Shown piece by piece: positions 1-12,753 of a DNA stretch of 64,000 bases (the first letter of the stretch is position 1; every line of letters begins with the position of its first letter). A program made the position numbers and the translations under genes. This DNA is from Cetorhinus maximus. Its lineage: Eukaryota. The stretch covers positions 27,218,001 through 27,282,000 of the forward strand of contig NC_135885.1 in NCBI RefSeq assembly GCF_964194155.1. The letters run 5' to 3'. Under the pieces are notes generated by a model. It saw nothing but the letters and a program-made list of their open reading frames with translations. It had not been told where the DNA came from and ran no database searches.

Positions 1-202
1 TTGTGAGCAAGGAAGTCAATGATTCAGTATCTGTGTGCACAGAAAAAAAAGTCACTGTTGCTGCCTATTCACATCATACTGAAGGAGCACAATGAGCCAC
101 TTAAAACATCGAGTGGCTTCACGTGACACAGCCATGGAGATGGCAGCATCTTGGCACCATGACCTCCTCAAGATATTCTGCAGTAATGTAGTTAAATATT
201 AT

Positions 203-896
203 GGGCAGGTTTTTCCGGTCGGTGAGCGGGGGGGTGGGGCCCGCTCACCGACGCATCAAGTGACGCGGGGATACATCGGGCGTGCGTGCCGACGTCACCC
301 CACCTCATTTAGACTTTCAGTTCAGCAATCGGCTGCGCGCCCACTGAACTGTCAACAGCCTATTAAGGCCATTAAAAATCTAATTAACTTGGCTGATGGA
401 CCTGCCCAACCTTAGGGTTGGCGGGCAGGCCAAGAGCCCAGGCGGGCTTCAGAAAAAGCATGAAACCTCATTCACAAGCGGGATGAGGTTTCATGGGGGC
501 TTTTAAATGGTTATCAAATGTTTAAATAAAAGTTAAGGATATGTCCCAGCTCATGTGACAGTGTCACATGAGGGCATATGTCAGGGAAATATTTTATTAC
601 CTTTCTGTTAACTTTTGAATCGGAGCCGATCTCCCTGAGGCAGCACTTTGCCTCGGGGAGATCTGTGCGCTCTTCCGCGTGCATATGCTAAAGAGCGCAC
701 TCCCGGCTCAGGGAATCCCCCTCGCTCGCTCAGGGAGTGCATAGTGCTTCCTGGCGGACATCACGCTGGGCAGGCCTTAATTGGCCTGCCCATGTAAAAT
801 GGCAGCGCCCCCCCCCCAACCGGGGGCGCCGACTGCAAGGCCGGCCACCAACGCCTGTTCCCGCACTTCCCCTGCGACCGGGGGGAAATGTTCCTC
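203..896 (+). mobile_element. Harbinger-type MITE, family A
   Basis: GGGCAGGTTTTTCC start, degenerate GGAAATGTTCCTC end, TAT/TAT flanks; homologous to 3373-3989, 49161-49687, 61045-61708. Confidence 0.8.
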
Positions 897-1289
897 TATG
901 TCTCAGTGGATACATAATATACAGTGCCACAGTCCTTAGCCCATCCATCTGCCCTCTTGCCACTCGTCTATCAGGAAACACCCACACAGTTGACCCTTCA
1001 CCAGGTCCCTCACAGCTGCACACTGGCATGGCACAACAGTGTGACGAAGAGGGAGTGCGCCAGTAGGGTAGTTAGTGATCGGGAGCACAGCATGCTATCT
1101 GGGAGTGACAGCAGCAACATCCATGGCACCATGCGTTTGTGGGGAGCCATTTCCACCCCTCAATGCAGGTAAGCAAACAAATGTGATTGAGTGCATTGTA
1201 AGGTGCATGGCTCACAACCTTTCTCCTCTAACATCTGCATTGCCGGATTGTCACACAGAGGTGATGGTGAAGGAGTGGGTGGTGCTGCA

Positions 1290-3150
1290 GCATAAAGGTC
1301 AGTGACCAGGACTTGCAGATGTTAGTGCAGGAGGTACAGAAGAGAAGACAAATTCATGACCCTGCTGGCCGCTGCAACCTTCCTGCCACCACGAAAAAGG
1401 CATGGGTGGAAATACCTGCCTCGGGTGAACACAGACGATCCCAGGTTCAGTGCCGGAATAGGCACCACGGCCTGCTGAGTTTTCTGGCACGTCCACACAG
1501 TGAAGGGTCATGTCTGCACGCTGCAGCTACGGTGCAAGAGCTGCCACATATCTCTGCTATCGCACGGAGGCTCTATGTCCAAGCTGCTCATGTAGCTGTG
1601 CACAGTACAGAGGTGAACGACCCCTGTGATGTACAGACACATTAAAGAGAATTCTCCCTGCATCCCTCACGAATGTCCTTTAGGGGAAGGAAATCTGCCG
1701 TCCTTACCTGGCCTGGCCTATATGTGACTCCAGACCCACAGAAATGTGGTTGACTCTTAAATGCCCCCTGAACAGGGCAATTAGGGATGGGCAATAAATG
1801 CTGGCCTGGCCAGTGACGCCTACAACCCATGAACGAAGTTTTAAAAATGCACTATATATCAGGCTAACATAAAATCAGATCTTTGCCGCCTAAGAGGGTC
1901 CAAAACGCCAAGGAGATGGCCCGGACTGGAGGTGGCTCAGTGAAGCTGCAGAAAATCTGTTCCGTCGAGCAGACAGCCATGGAAGTCGCCAGGGTACCTG
2001 TCCAGTTCGCTGTCGGTGATGGCAAATCACCCACAGTAGGTGATAAAGGCAGCGGTGAACACACTTTGGAACATGGTGGTTATGGTGAAGGTCGTTCCGT
2101 CAGTTCACAGAGCACAAGGGGACATTGCCATGAGAGGGAGTGTAAGGGTGGGTTTGCATCATAAGGGCAGCGCAAGCATGGTTAAAGGCAATGACATGGA
2201 TCAGGGCGTGCTTTCACAATGTGAAGGGCTATACCTACACAAGTCCTTTTGTATCTCACACAGGTTCCAGCTCTGCTCTCTCACCCAACCCCGGGCCAGA
2301 TCATCCCTCAGGCATCAAGAGGAGGAACAGATATCCAAGGAGGCAGCATCACATGTGGACTAGCCCACACTCCGCCAACTCAGATACCAACACTTCGGAG
2401 GTATGTAGCATGCATGTAGAGTAAGTGGCACAGGGTGAAAGTCACTGCACCGGAGCGCAGGGGGAGGTGACAGAGCCAGGGACATTGGTGTAATCTCCCC
2501 CTCGGAGCAGGACGGTTAGTCACGATGATGGTCCAGTGGAGCCTTGACAGTCACCTTTAGGGGCGCAGTTTTTTGGCCATTCAGATGCAAACGTGTGGAC
2601 ATCTGGCGGAGTTCCCTGAGGCAATGGGAGCTCTAAGACTCTGAATGGAGGAGTCCATCACTGTGATGAGCTCCACATTGTCCCAGGGGCTCAACAGCAT
2701 AAGCTCCAAATGCGGGCGATTGGCTAATCTTGTGGAGCGACACATGCAACAACAGGCGGATTGGATGCAAGAACAGTGTCTTGGCCAGGAAAGGGTGCAA
2801 GCCTCCTCAGTAGCCTACATCAGTCTGCTCAGGGCATGAACACTGACATCCATGGAATACACGAGGAGCTATGTACTCTTAACAGGATGGAAGCACTGTT
2901 GGCACAGCAGTTGCTGGAATGGACAACTGCTGCACACTGGCAACCAGCCCATCAATCCCACTTGAAGACCAACCCTAGGACAGCAGAGGTAACTGAGGAA
3001 GGTGAAGGTACCGAGAGATCCTTGGCATCTTCATCTTCTTCCACCTCCCCAGCCCGCCCGCCAGAGCCCTCGTCAGCTCACCAGGTGCCCACGTCTGCCC
3101 ATGCAGAGATGCAAGAGCCACAGTCCGAAGGAGGTCCCCAATAGGTGTCT
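1290..3150 (+). pseudogene. Decayed Myb/SANT-like gene of a PIF/Harbinger transposon
   Basis: LQMLVQEVQKRR...KKAWVEI...RRSQVQCRNR trihelix-like segment, later KRVQNAKEMARTGGG; frameshifted and interrupted by a SINE. Confidence 0.65.
1670..1846 (+). mobile_element. 3' part of tRNA-derived SINE
   Basis: Matches 3' half of the SINE at 32997-33520; shares GGGCAATTAGGGATGGGCAATAAATGCTGGCC tail with the LINE end at 25045-25375. Confidence 0.75.
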
Positions 3151-3372
3151 GCATGACGAAACTGTCCACCATGCTCCTCATTGCTGTATAAGCTGAGAAG
3201 TGAGCAGCCCTGCTTCAACCTCCTCTGAGACAACACAGCGGGCACGGTAGGAGTGTGTGTGAGCGCAGGGCGCCGCCTCATCTAAGGCACTAATAAGTTC
3301 ACCATGTTTACACTTTTCACATTGGACATATCACAATTAAGCACTTTTTGAATACGTGTGCATAAACTCTTT

Positions 3373-3989
3373 GGGCAGGATTTTCCCCTTGTTGGGCGGG
3401 CGCCTATTAACGGCCAGCCAGCATGAAACGCGTGCTGCAGCGTTCAGTGCTGCCGGGCTGGGGGTGGGAGGAGGGCGAGTACGGACATTCGTACATCCAT
3501 GCGAGTGCGCGCAATGAAAGCTCCCTGAGGCACAGAGCTGCCTCAGAGAGTTGGACATTTAAAAAATCAGAAATAAAAAACTTAGCAATGTTTAAAACAT
3601 GACCCCTCATGTGACTCTGTCACATGAGCAGGGACATGTTATAAATGAAATTTAAACACTTGTATTTAATGTTTAATTGTTGTTGGAAACCTCATCCCAC
3701 CCACGGATGAGGTTTCCTAAAAAAACCCAAGGCTGCTTGGCCTTTTTGCCTGCCAAGCAACCGTAAGGTTGGACGGGCAATGAAACATTTCATTCAATAA
3801 TAACTTTAATGGCCTTAGTCAGCCTGTTAACTGTCGGCGGGCGTGCTGCCGACTCCCATGTGTGCCCGCCGGCCGAAATATCGCGCAAGTGCACATCGAC
3901 GTCGAGACGCTTGCCCAACGTCATCATGTGTCATCTTACGCTCGAGTAGGTCGGGCACGTGCCTGCCCGCTCAGCGCAAATTTCTGCCC
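3373..3989 (-). mobile_element. Harbinger-type MITE, family A (inverted copy)
   Basis: TIRs GGGCAGGATTTTCC / CAAATTTCTGCCC; reverse-complement homology to 203-896. Confidence 0.8.
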
Positions 3990-4549
3990 TAGGATGTCTT
4001 GGTGTGTGTCCCCAGTGAGAATGCTAATATTATGAAGGATGTTCTTACCAGTGACACTGAAGGCAGCATGCTGTGCTCCATCTCACATTGACCTTATCAG
4101 GACCAAGGATGTGACCAGATTTGAGAGGCAGTGGAAGATTTCTTCCTTCTCTGGTCTTTCCCATAAGGCAGTGGTGAACAAAGGTTTGAGGACTGAGATG
4201 CTTCATGCATCATTCATTGTCCATTCCATGCTTGAATTCAAGGGAGGCATAATCATCAGACTCAATGATCAGATGGAGTTGATCAGGTGCATTTCAAGCA
4301 TGAGTGCTGGGTGCAAGGCAGTCATCACCCGCCAGTGTTACACAGGCAATGCAAGTCGAGATGCCATGTATGCTGCAAGGAAAAATGCTTGTCCGCTGTC
4401 CCCACTGCTTTGGATGCCTTTGCATTCCAGATGGCAGAGGCTGTGGTCGGAAAGGGAGCCAAGATTTGTGGGAGCAATGCATGTTGCATATGTTGCCCAC
4501 TCCTGAGGTTGGACCATGGGGGTGACTGGTTGATGTGCAAGGTCATTCA

Positions 4550-6017
4550 TTCAAAGAGCTGATCTTGCACAGTTGCGGCCTCACCCTGCAAAATTTGCAT
4601 TATCTGTATGTATGTTGGCAAATACAGCTCTAGAAAGATTCTGATGCATAAAAACTTAGAACCACAGTAACCTTTACAGCCACTGGCAGTGCATGAGGAT
4701 CTACAAACTGTGGTTCGAGATGTTGTTGCATCATGCCACACGTCGGTGACCACTTCTCGGCTTAACCTCATTTGGCATTAGTTCTCAGTCGAAAGGGCAA
4801 AATCTGGTTGTCATCCATTTCCTTCTCCTCGCTGCCTCTAACTTGTGTCCTGGTGCCTTCCCTCTAGCCTCAGGTTGGTCATGTTCACTTAGCTCTATGG
4901 TGCCAATGTGTGAAGGTGCCATATAGAAACATAGAAACTAGGAGCAGGAGTAGGCCATTCGGCCCTTCGAGCCTGCTCCACCATTCATTATGATCATTGC
5001 TGATCGTCCAATTCAATAGCCTGCTCCCGCTTTCTCCCCATACCCTTTGATCCCTTTTGCCCCAAGAGCTATATCTAACTCCTTCTTGAAAACATACAAT
5101 GTTTTGGTCTCAACTACTTTCTGTGGTAACGAATTCCACAGGCTCACCGCTCTCTGGGTGAAGAAATTTCTCCTCATCTCAGTCCTAAATGGTCTACCCT
5201 GTATCCTCACACTGTGACCCCTGGTTCTGGACTCCCCCACCATCAGGAACATCCTTCCTGCATCTACCCTGTCTAGTCCTGTTAGAATTTCATAGGTTCC
5301 TATGAGATCCCCCCTCATTCGTCTGAACTCCAGCGAATATAATCCTAACCGACTCAATCTCTCCTCATATGTCAGTCCCACCATCCCAGGAACCAGTCGG
5401 GTAAACCTTCGCTGCACTCCCTCTATAGCAAGTACATCCTTCACTTAGCTCTATGGTGCCAATGTGCCATTCCCCTGTTGTTTCTTCTTTGGCACAATGT
5501 GCAATGCTCCCTTTGCTGGCAATCTCTCGTTCCTGCCACCTGTGTGCCCGAGCCAGTAGCAGCCAAAGATTTTGCCCTGCCAAGTGCAGTTGCCCCACCT
5601 CCTACTCCATTGGGTTAAAGCCAGATACTTGGGGTTGATTTTTTTGCCACTTTTGCGGCAGTTGCTGAAACTTTTCAGCATTTTCCAAAGGGGTCCCTGC
5701 ACCTCTCCAAAAGGGGTGCCCATCAAAGCAACTCTGCAAAGTTTAGGTCTGTTCTACCCCATGTAATCTTTACACATCGTACTTTCCACTCCTAGCTGAC
5801 AAAAATCAGACCTGACTGGAGGAAGCTGCAGTTTTATATGGGCAGCTGCCTCCGTGAAATCCAAATCCTGAACTGCCCCCATTCCCCCCCCCCACCCCAC
5901 CCACCCTCCCCCGCCCCGCCCCCTCCTCCCTGTGAAAATGATGGGGGCCTGGTTCAGTGGTGGGACTTCCACATTTGGGCCTCCGGCGCCATTTTCGTTG
6001 TGAGGAAAATTCAGGCC
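4550..6017 (-). mobile_element. 5' part of a decayed Harbinger element (HARBI1-like transposase remnant plus TIR), convergent with the Myb remnant at 1290-3150
   Basis: Minus-strand MRLSREVVTDV and HALPVAVKVTVVLSFYASESF at ~4630-4770; TIR GGCCTGAATTTTCC ending at 6017. Confidence 0.6.
4923..5439 (-). mobile_element. 5'-truncated CR1 LINE (ORF2 C-terminus plus 3' UTR)
   Basis: ORF 5013-5444 KDVLAIEGVQRRFTRLVPGM...RRNFFTQRAVSLWNSLP; TTTCTATG-type tail; flanking direct repeat 4884-4910/5440-5466. Confidence 0.92.
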
Positions 6018-6769
6018 AACATCCTAGCAACATTGCACTGCTCTTAGCAAAAAGTCATTTTGTGCCCTTTTGTGCCTCACAATGTTGAAAAAAATAATCT
6101 TATAAATTTCCCACACGATGTGTTATTTGTTTGGCCAAACCTGTTTAAAGTGAACACACCAATACCACAGCATGGTAAATATTTTACACAGCTGTAACTG
6201 CACATTTGGTCACTAAGTAAATTCTGTTAGTTCACTTCATGAATTTCAGATTTGTGCTTAACATCACTATCAGTTAAGTTGCAAATAGATGTTTCAATTC
6301 GGCTCCAATCTGTTTCTTAAGAGTAACAACTTTGTGTTACTTTACACAAATATTAACTGCTTTAAAAGGCTCTACATATTACCTTATGGATTAGTAAGTT
6401 GACTTAGGGTTTATTATTGGGTCTAATGCCAAAGGCTTTTATAAATATGACAGTACTTGAGTACTTTATTTGTTTTAGTTATATTTACTTTTTGGGTCTA
6501 TTCACTAAGTTCAGCTCATTAGCCCCATGAAGTCAATTCAGAGCATTTGGCAGCAATCACCTTTTCTGTGGGACAAAATGGTAAAGGTCACTCAATTGTG
6601 TTTGCTATTCTCCTACCCTCTGATGATACTTTCTGAAGAATGCAGTAATTCCCAGCTGGTCAATAGTCTGTATTGAAAATGAGATTACATTTAACAAACC
6701 ACATGCAGGTTTCTGATCCACACATCCTTTTGTTTATGTGCAAATAGCCAGCTTTTGGAAGTTCTGATG

Positions 6770-6936
6770 CTAAAATATTATACGGTCAGTATGGTGCGAT
6801 AGTAAGGAACTCCGAGGACAAGAGAATTCATTGTTGCCAGAGTCAAAGGTCATGTCATTGTAATTTTGCCTGAAAAGCTGTAGTCTTCTCTTACTCTCTG
6901 ATCTCACCTGCTGAAGGTTATGAAGTCGCTCAATAA
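6770..6936 (-). CDS. Candidate terminal coding exon in frame with anosmin exon 8 (no similarity to canonical exon 9)
   Basis: Acceptor TTTTTCTGTTAAATCATGTCAAACAG; phase 1 matches exon 8; open to TAG at 6770; AATAAA at 6465-6470 and 6410-6415 (minus). Confidence 0.35.
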
Positions 6937-7834
6937 CTGTTTGACATGATTTAACAGAAAAATAATGGAATTCTATACTCATCCAATATATTTACTGACA
7001 TAAAGGGATGAACGTTGAAGGTTCTTATTTTTGTCAGCCTTTACAATGTTTTTTTCCACAAATTTCCATCTAATCAGAAAGTCATCAAACATATACAAGA
7101 TTTGTTCTTGCTTATCATGTGTTAAGGTGTACGGTAGTGGCCTCATGATATGGAGCAAAGTATAATTGATAGTTGTGGCAAAATGTATACAAGTGCACAA
7201 ACCTCACTCTACCTACCCAATTGAGTGTAATCCTTCCTCTTCCTCAACCTGATTCAAAGCCTTTCTGAGCATGTCTGCTTAAACCCTGATATTACTGCCT
7301 CTCCCCATCTGTCTGCCTGATTCAGCGCCGCTTGTCTCTGGTGTCAAACTGACTCCCCATTCTGCTGCCTTCCTCATCCCCTTGTGGTGGGCCAGGTCAT
7401 ACATGAGAGAAAAATAAAGACAAAAGGAAAGAGAAAAATGGAAAGTATGAAACAAATGTGAAATGATGGTGGCGGGGTTGGGGGTGGAGCGCATGGGGGA
7501 AGTGCAGAAAAACAGGGCAACAAAAGCAACCGAAGAAAACTAGAGGCAAAGAATTGAAGGGGGAGACAGGATGAGCACTTTTACATTGAGACTTTCATTG
7601 GCAGCATTGATGCACTTCTCCCATCTAGGAACCGAGGATGTAATAACTGTAATACGCTCCAGTATAAAGCGATTGACCTCCAGAGACTCCCCAGAATTGC
7701 AGATCCACATTTCTCTGGGTCTTGCAAGCTGTATTTGGTCTTGATGTACTTTTTGCTGAAAAGGTTATATTCTTGGGAAGCCCCACAAACAGCAGTGTGA
7801 TAATGACCAGAAAATAGCACAGAGGCAAATAGCG

Positions 7835-7995
7835 TAAATTCAGTTAAAGGGAGGCTAGGTAAGTACATGAGGGAAAAAAGGAACAGAAGGATATGCTGAT
7901 AGGGTTACATGCAATAAGGCGAGAAGGGGCTCATGTGGAACATGAACATTGGTATAAATCTGTTTGGCTGAAAGGCTTGTTTCCGTGCTGTAAAT
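7835..7995 (+). mobile_element. CR1 LINE 3' end fragment
   Basis: Degenerate CR1 3' UTR ending GGCTGAAAGGCTTGTTTCCGTGCTGTAAAT. Confidence 0.6.
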
Positions 7996-9297
7996 ATTAT
8001 AGTTTTTTTTAATTCCAACAATAGGTGGGTTTGGGTCGGATGAGAAGTCAAAATGTTAAAAATTACAATCCCAACTCCAAAGTGCATCAAGCCCACCCAC
8101 ATCTGGTTTTAATGGAGTTGCGATGTACAGTGGGCAACCAATTCACTCTCACAGGCAGGCTGGTAGGCAGAAACCTTTAAGGAAACTATGTGCCTCCATT
8201 TTAACATGCTTTTTCTAAGTTATAGCTAGTTGGCCAGGTTTACAGGGACTCAGGAATCCCAGCAGATAAAAGGAGACAGGGAGGGTTTAATCCATTAGCT
8301 CAGTGCTTTAGCAGTGCTGTCTGTTGACCGGGAGGAACAGGAGTGTTTCCTTTAGGCCCAACAAGGTAACCTGCAAACATTTGGCATGCACTGCCCACTC
8401 CCTGCACCATGATCCTGCCCCCCCAACCCACCCCACCCTTAGCATCAGCTTGAGCCCCCCAATCACCATCTCACTGCTTCCCCAGCCCCAGGCTGCGATC
8501 TCTCCCTATCTACTCCTCACTGTATCCTTCTGCTTCAGGCTTTCCCATTCTACTGGCAGCCAGCCTGTCAATCAGGTTGGTTGTTGGGTGGAAAACCATG
8601 AGAACAAAGCTAAAAGTTTTTAACTGCAGGACATTTCCCACCTGTACCTCCTCCTACCCCCACCCCAAACCCCCAATCCGAATGCATAGCTCAGTAAACA
8701 TTGGGCTGCATGTAATGATATCTATGGTCAACTGGGGGAGCATTGCATAGAGGTTTCAAGGAATATTGCTCTCTCAAAACCCTATACCAAGTGTAACAGT
8801 GCTAAGTGAGGAAACAGAAGTCTCTAATACACAATTTTGCCCCAAAGTTTAGCACAATGAAATGACAACCCTAACTGCAGCAGATTCTCATGTGGGGAAA
8901 TGTGGCAAGGAGTATGGTCCCTTCACTCCAGTAACAGAACATTCAATAATGTTCCATTCATTTCACATTTTCGACAATAGAAACTGTGCATTCCAAATTA
9001 CTGGTGATGTTATTGTGCAGAACATTTCACAAGCTAGTATGAAATTACTCTTTTAGCTATTTTGACCCATTCATTTTAAATAGGATGGTGCTAAAGGAAG
9101 AATTTGATATGACTGAATCAAACCTTCAAACGTTAACATCACTGACAGTAATTTCCAGGCGAAGGTTGTTAAAATGTAAAACAATTTAAGACCTTAGCTC
9201 ACTGATCATTAAACTGCAATCTCAAGCTCACTTTAGCAGCCTAGAGTTACCACAGCTATTAACACTGCAATAATCAGAAAAAAAAAAGATTCCTTAC

Positions 9298-9442
9298 TTA
9301 TGCTGGGTGTTCGAGGAGTGCCAAAGTACAGAGAGACTTTGGCACCTTTTAAACGTACTTGTCCCCAATACGTTACGGCTTGCAGGTCCACCATATAGCT
9401 ACTGTTAGGCTGGAGTCCCTCCAGGACCACATGGTTTTGAGA
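9298..9442 (-). CDS. anos1: Anosmin exon 8 equivalent, FnIII repeat 2 (C-terminal part)
   Basis: Acceptor ATACTTCTTACAG, donor A|GTAAGG, 145 nt; [48 protein letters not shown]. Confidence 0.95.
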
Positions 9443-9765
9443 CTGTAAGAAGTATGAAATAGTACTGATAAGCATGAAGAACACAGTTTGATTAAGATCA
9501 TCCACATTCTGCTTCCAGCATTGAATACAGGCAGAAAATTCAAATGTGGCCTTTGTAAACAGAATTCCTGTGTTTTGTTGAACTACCTTACCAAATTGAG
9601 CCCTTGTTTGCCAACTAAAATAGTATACAATCATCCAAAATTGTTAGGTGGATGCACATACAAGTAGAGATTTGTTATATTACTGCATGGGAAAGGCTCT
9701 GCCACACAAAGCCTTTGTGTCTCATACTTTTGCTTTTTTTTTTAAAGCTTGTTGACCTCACTCAC

Positions 9766-9971
9766 CCCATTTATGGTTTTCCTCCTTTTCTTTTTGGCTG
9801 CCACTACCGACTTCGCATTGACAGTCCAACTCCAGAAAACTTTGTAATGGTGCACAGGAATATCAGGCTCTTCCAACATATCCCAGATGATCCTGGTGGT
9901 AATGGTGCCATCACTCTTTGCAGTAAAGTTGCCGACTCTCACATTAGATGGTGCGGGTGGGGCTGAAGGAT
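9766..9971 (-). CDS. anos1: Anosmin exon 7 equivalent, FnIII repeat 2 (N-terminal part)
   Basis: Acceptor GTGGTTTCAG, donor GGG|GTGAGT, 206 nt; [69 protein letters not shown]. Confidence 0.97.
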
Positions 9972-12708
9972 CTGAAACCACACCGAGGGGAAATCAGTGA
10001 AAGCTAAAGACTCAGCATCACGGTGTATTTAATTGTCAGCCTCTGTTGAAACCAGAATACACTCAGAAACGTGATTTAAAACATTCAAGCACTTGAACTT
10101 AAGTAAGTATGATATTCTGGCCATCCTTGGAAGTACCTTTAACTTTCAGATTGCACACAGATCAAAATTTAATTATATCCTTAGGCTTTCTGTGTGTAGA
10201 TAATTCCTTCTTGTAGTGTTACTGATTGGTTTCTCACTCAATACATGAGAATAAATTGCCTTTAAGTGGAGAAGTCTATAAACCACAACATGTGCTACAG
10301 CGAAGTTGTCAGTAAAATGGATCTTTTGTAAAATACTACTCCTGGTGAGGAATAGTTGGAAAATCATGCACGGTTCACACCTGAATTTCCAATCTGTGCT
10401 TTTGACTTACTAGGATGCTGCTAGAGTCGAAGGGACAAAATTAATCCTTTAATGTCTTCCTATACTAGCTTGTTTTCTGTCTGAAGAACAGAACTAGCTT
10501 TTTTGTAAGATTTCACCTTCTTTCAGACCAATGAGTGCGACTTTTCCACTCTCAACTTTAAACACTTCAGGTGAAGGAAAATATGTTCAGCTGCACAGTG
10601 AGTATTCAAACTGCCCCAAGGTTGTACCTTTATTCCTTCTGTAAAAGTCCACCCCTCAGAGCACTGAAGTGACATTGCCATATCAGTTGTGCTAGGACCA
10701 TGCTTGATCGTGCCTTCCAGTACTAGCCCCCTTGCTGGAGTTTTTGAGGTCAGTAGGAGGGCCTCTCATTAGGGAGCACAAGCACTTCTTCATCTGCATC
10801 TCTGGTGTCTCCTGCTCTGTGCCAAATAAAGGAGGGCTCGTCCAGGCCCTGTCTTCCCGCTCAACCAAATCTCTGGTCACATGTTCCTCAGCTCCGAGGG
10901 CAGGGAGGTTAATCTGGCAAGTACCATGGCTGCTTGCCTGGCTTAGATCTGAAAGTTGAAGCTGACAGTCTTGCAGCGGACTATGCTGCCAATCACTTGG
11001 CATACCAGCTGCTACAGATACATCAGCACTCCTTGCAGCCTCAGGAATGGGAGCTCCCAATTTAGGGAGTCCCTGCCTCTGGCTCTGTCCCCTGCCATAC
11101 TTTGGAGGCTGTGCCCCTTGCAAGGCAACCAGATTAACTCCTAGAAATAGCACAGCAGGCCTACACCATTTTCCTGGCAGGAATCAAGGCAGGAGACTGG
11201 CAGATTCACGGAGAATTTCAGGGCCTGGATCTAAGAGGAAACTTTCATCCCATCAACTGGACTGGGTTTGACCTCACACCTCAGGAGTCTGGTAATGCAC
11301 TCAGCACAGAGCAAAAAAAAGAGGATTAACTTAATTGCATTTTGAATTTAGCCCCAAAAAAACTGAATGAAGGAAATGCTCAGATCAAACCTCACTCTTT
11401 TCTGGATTGCCTCTAAAGGAAATAACCACTTATAATGGGAGGTTATTCTTAGGCTATCATGAGGAATAAAATCTTCTTCCTGAATTCCATCCATTTATTT
11501 GAGTCTACCGCTCACTCAAGCTCCAGCTCAATTTGAAGGACTCTGAGATCGTGTAAGTTGTTTCCTTTCTTTTGGTGCGATATTTTACCGTGAAGAACAG
11601 CAGTTCAGAACAGGAAGCAATGTCTAAGGGCTGTTTGTCCCAGTCTTGGTTGGGAAACATATCTCCTGCATCACTCAGCTTGAGATGCTATCTAAAATTA
11701 CCTTTGCATCAAAAGTCTGACTTAATAAAAATCTGCTTGTCTATTTCCTTGTTGGGTGTTCAGTCTGCTATTCTTGGGAGAAATAGTCTTCCAATGTTCC
11801 GGGACATTAATCAATCATTAAAATCGGCCAAATACTAATCTTTGGATTTTGGTGAATAAAAACCTTGATGAGCATCTATGTCACAATTTATAGACTGTGA
11901 CTGGCCATTTGTAAGACAGCATCCATTGTCAATTATAATGCATAATTCAAGCCTACCGTGAGTGATGATGTTAAGGTTTTCCATTTTAAAGTCTTCCAGA
12001 TTTCATCAGGAGAGTATTTAGTGAAATATCAGAAGAGGAAGAAGCAATTATTTAATTACCCTATTGCACCCAAAATCCTTCTGTCCCACTCTGAGCAGTC
12101 AATCTGAGCAGCCCTTAAGTCAACACTGACAACCATAAACAAGGTATAAATGAATGAGATTATCATTTCCTTTTTCTCCCCCCATTATTCTAAATCCATC
12201 ACAAATAACCGAGAACATTTCCCGTTGGCACAAATCTCACGGAGACATCTCGTCCAACAGCTCTGAAGTTTACAAGGCCTGACAAGCAGGCTGGGAAAAG
12301 TTGCTTCTTTTAACAATAACACTGCAGTTTTATAAAAGCTAAAAAAAGAGAGAAAACTTTAAAAATCTGAAAGTGGCAGATGATACCAAGACTTTAAAAG
12401 CCTCTGGACTAACAGCAATTTGGCCTGCTGCCAGAATATTCTTCACTCTGGAAATAAAAGGTCTGCCCTAGTAAGAAGACTAAATCCTATAAGTCCCTCT
12501 CTCTAATCTCTGATTACATATGGCTGCTGTACTTTACACAGGTACCTCGTCCAAATCATTTATCACCGCTCCCCTTCCACACATCTCCCCAAATCTCAGC
12601 GGTGACTTCAGTGGGCCAGAGCTCCACTGATGGAAACTCTGGCCTTTCCTATCAAAAGGAATGTTTTGTGGAAGTAGAATTTGTGTTCTTTTAAACTATT
12701 TAACTTAC

Positions 12709-12753
12709 CTTTTTTCTTGCAATTGAATATTTTTTTTTCAATTCTCACAAATT
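12709..12753 (-). CDS. Candidate 45-nt symmetric cassette exon in anosmin intron 6 (EFVRIEKKIFNCKKK)
   Basis: TCCTTTGTTCTCCCTGATTGGCAACAG acceptor, AAG|GTAAGT donor, frame-preserving with no stop in phase 1. Confidence 0.25.

Noticed and set aside
203-3989. Composite transposon formed by two inverted family A MITEs around the Myb remnant
   Set aside because: The first MITE has its own TAT/TAT TSD and each copy has both TIRs, so independent insertions explain it
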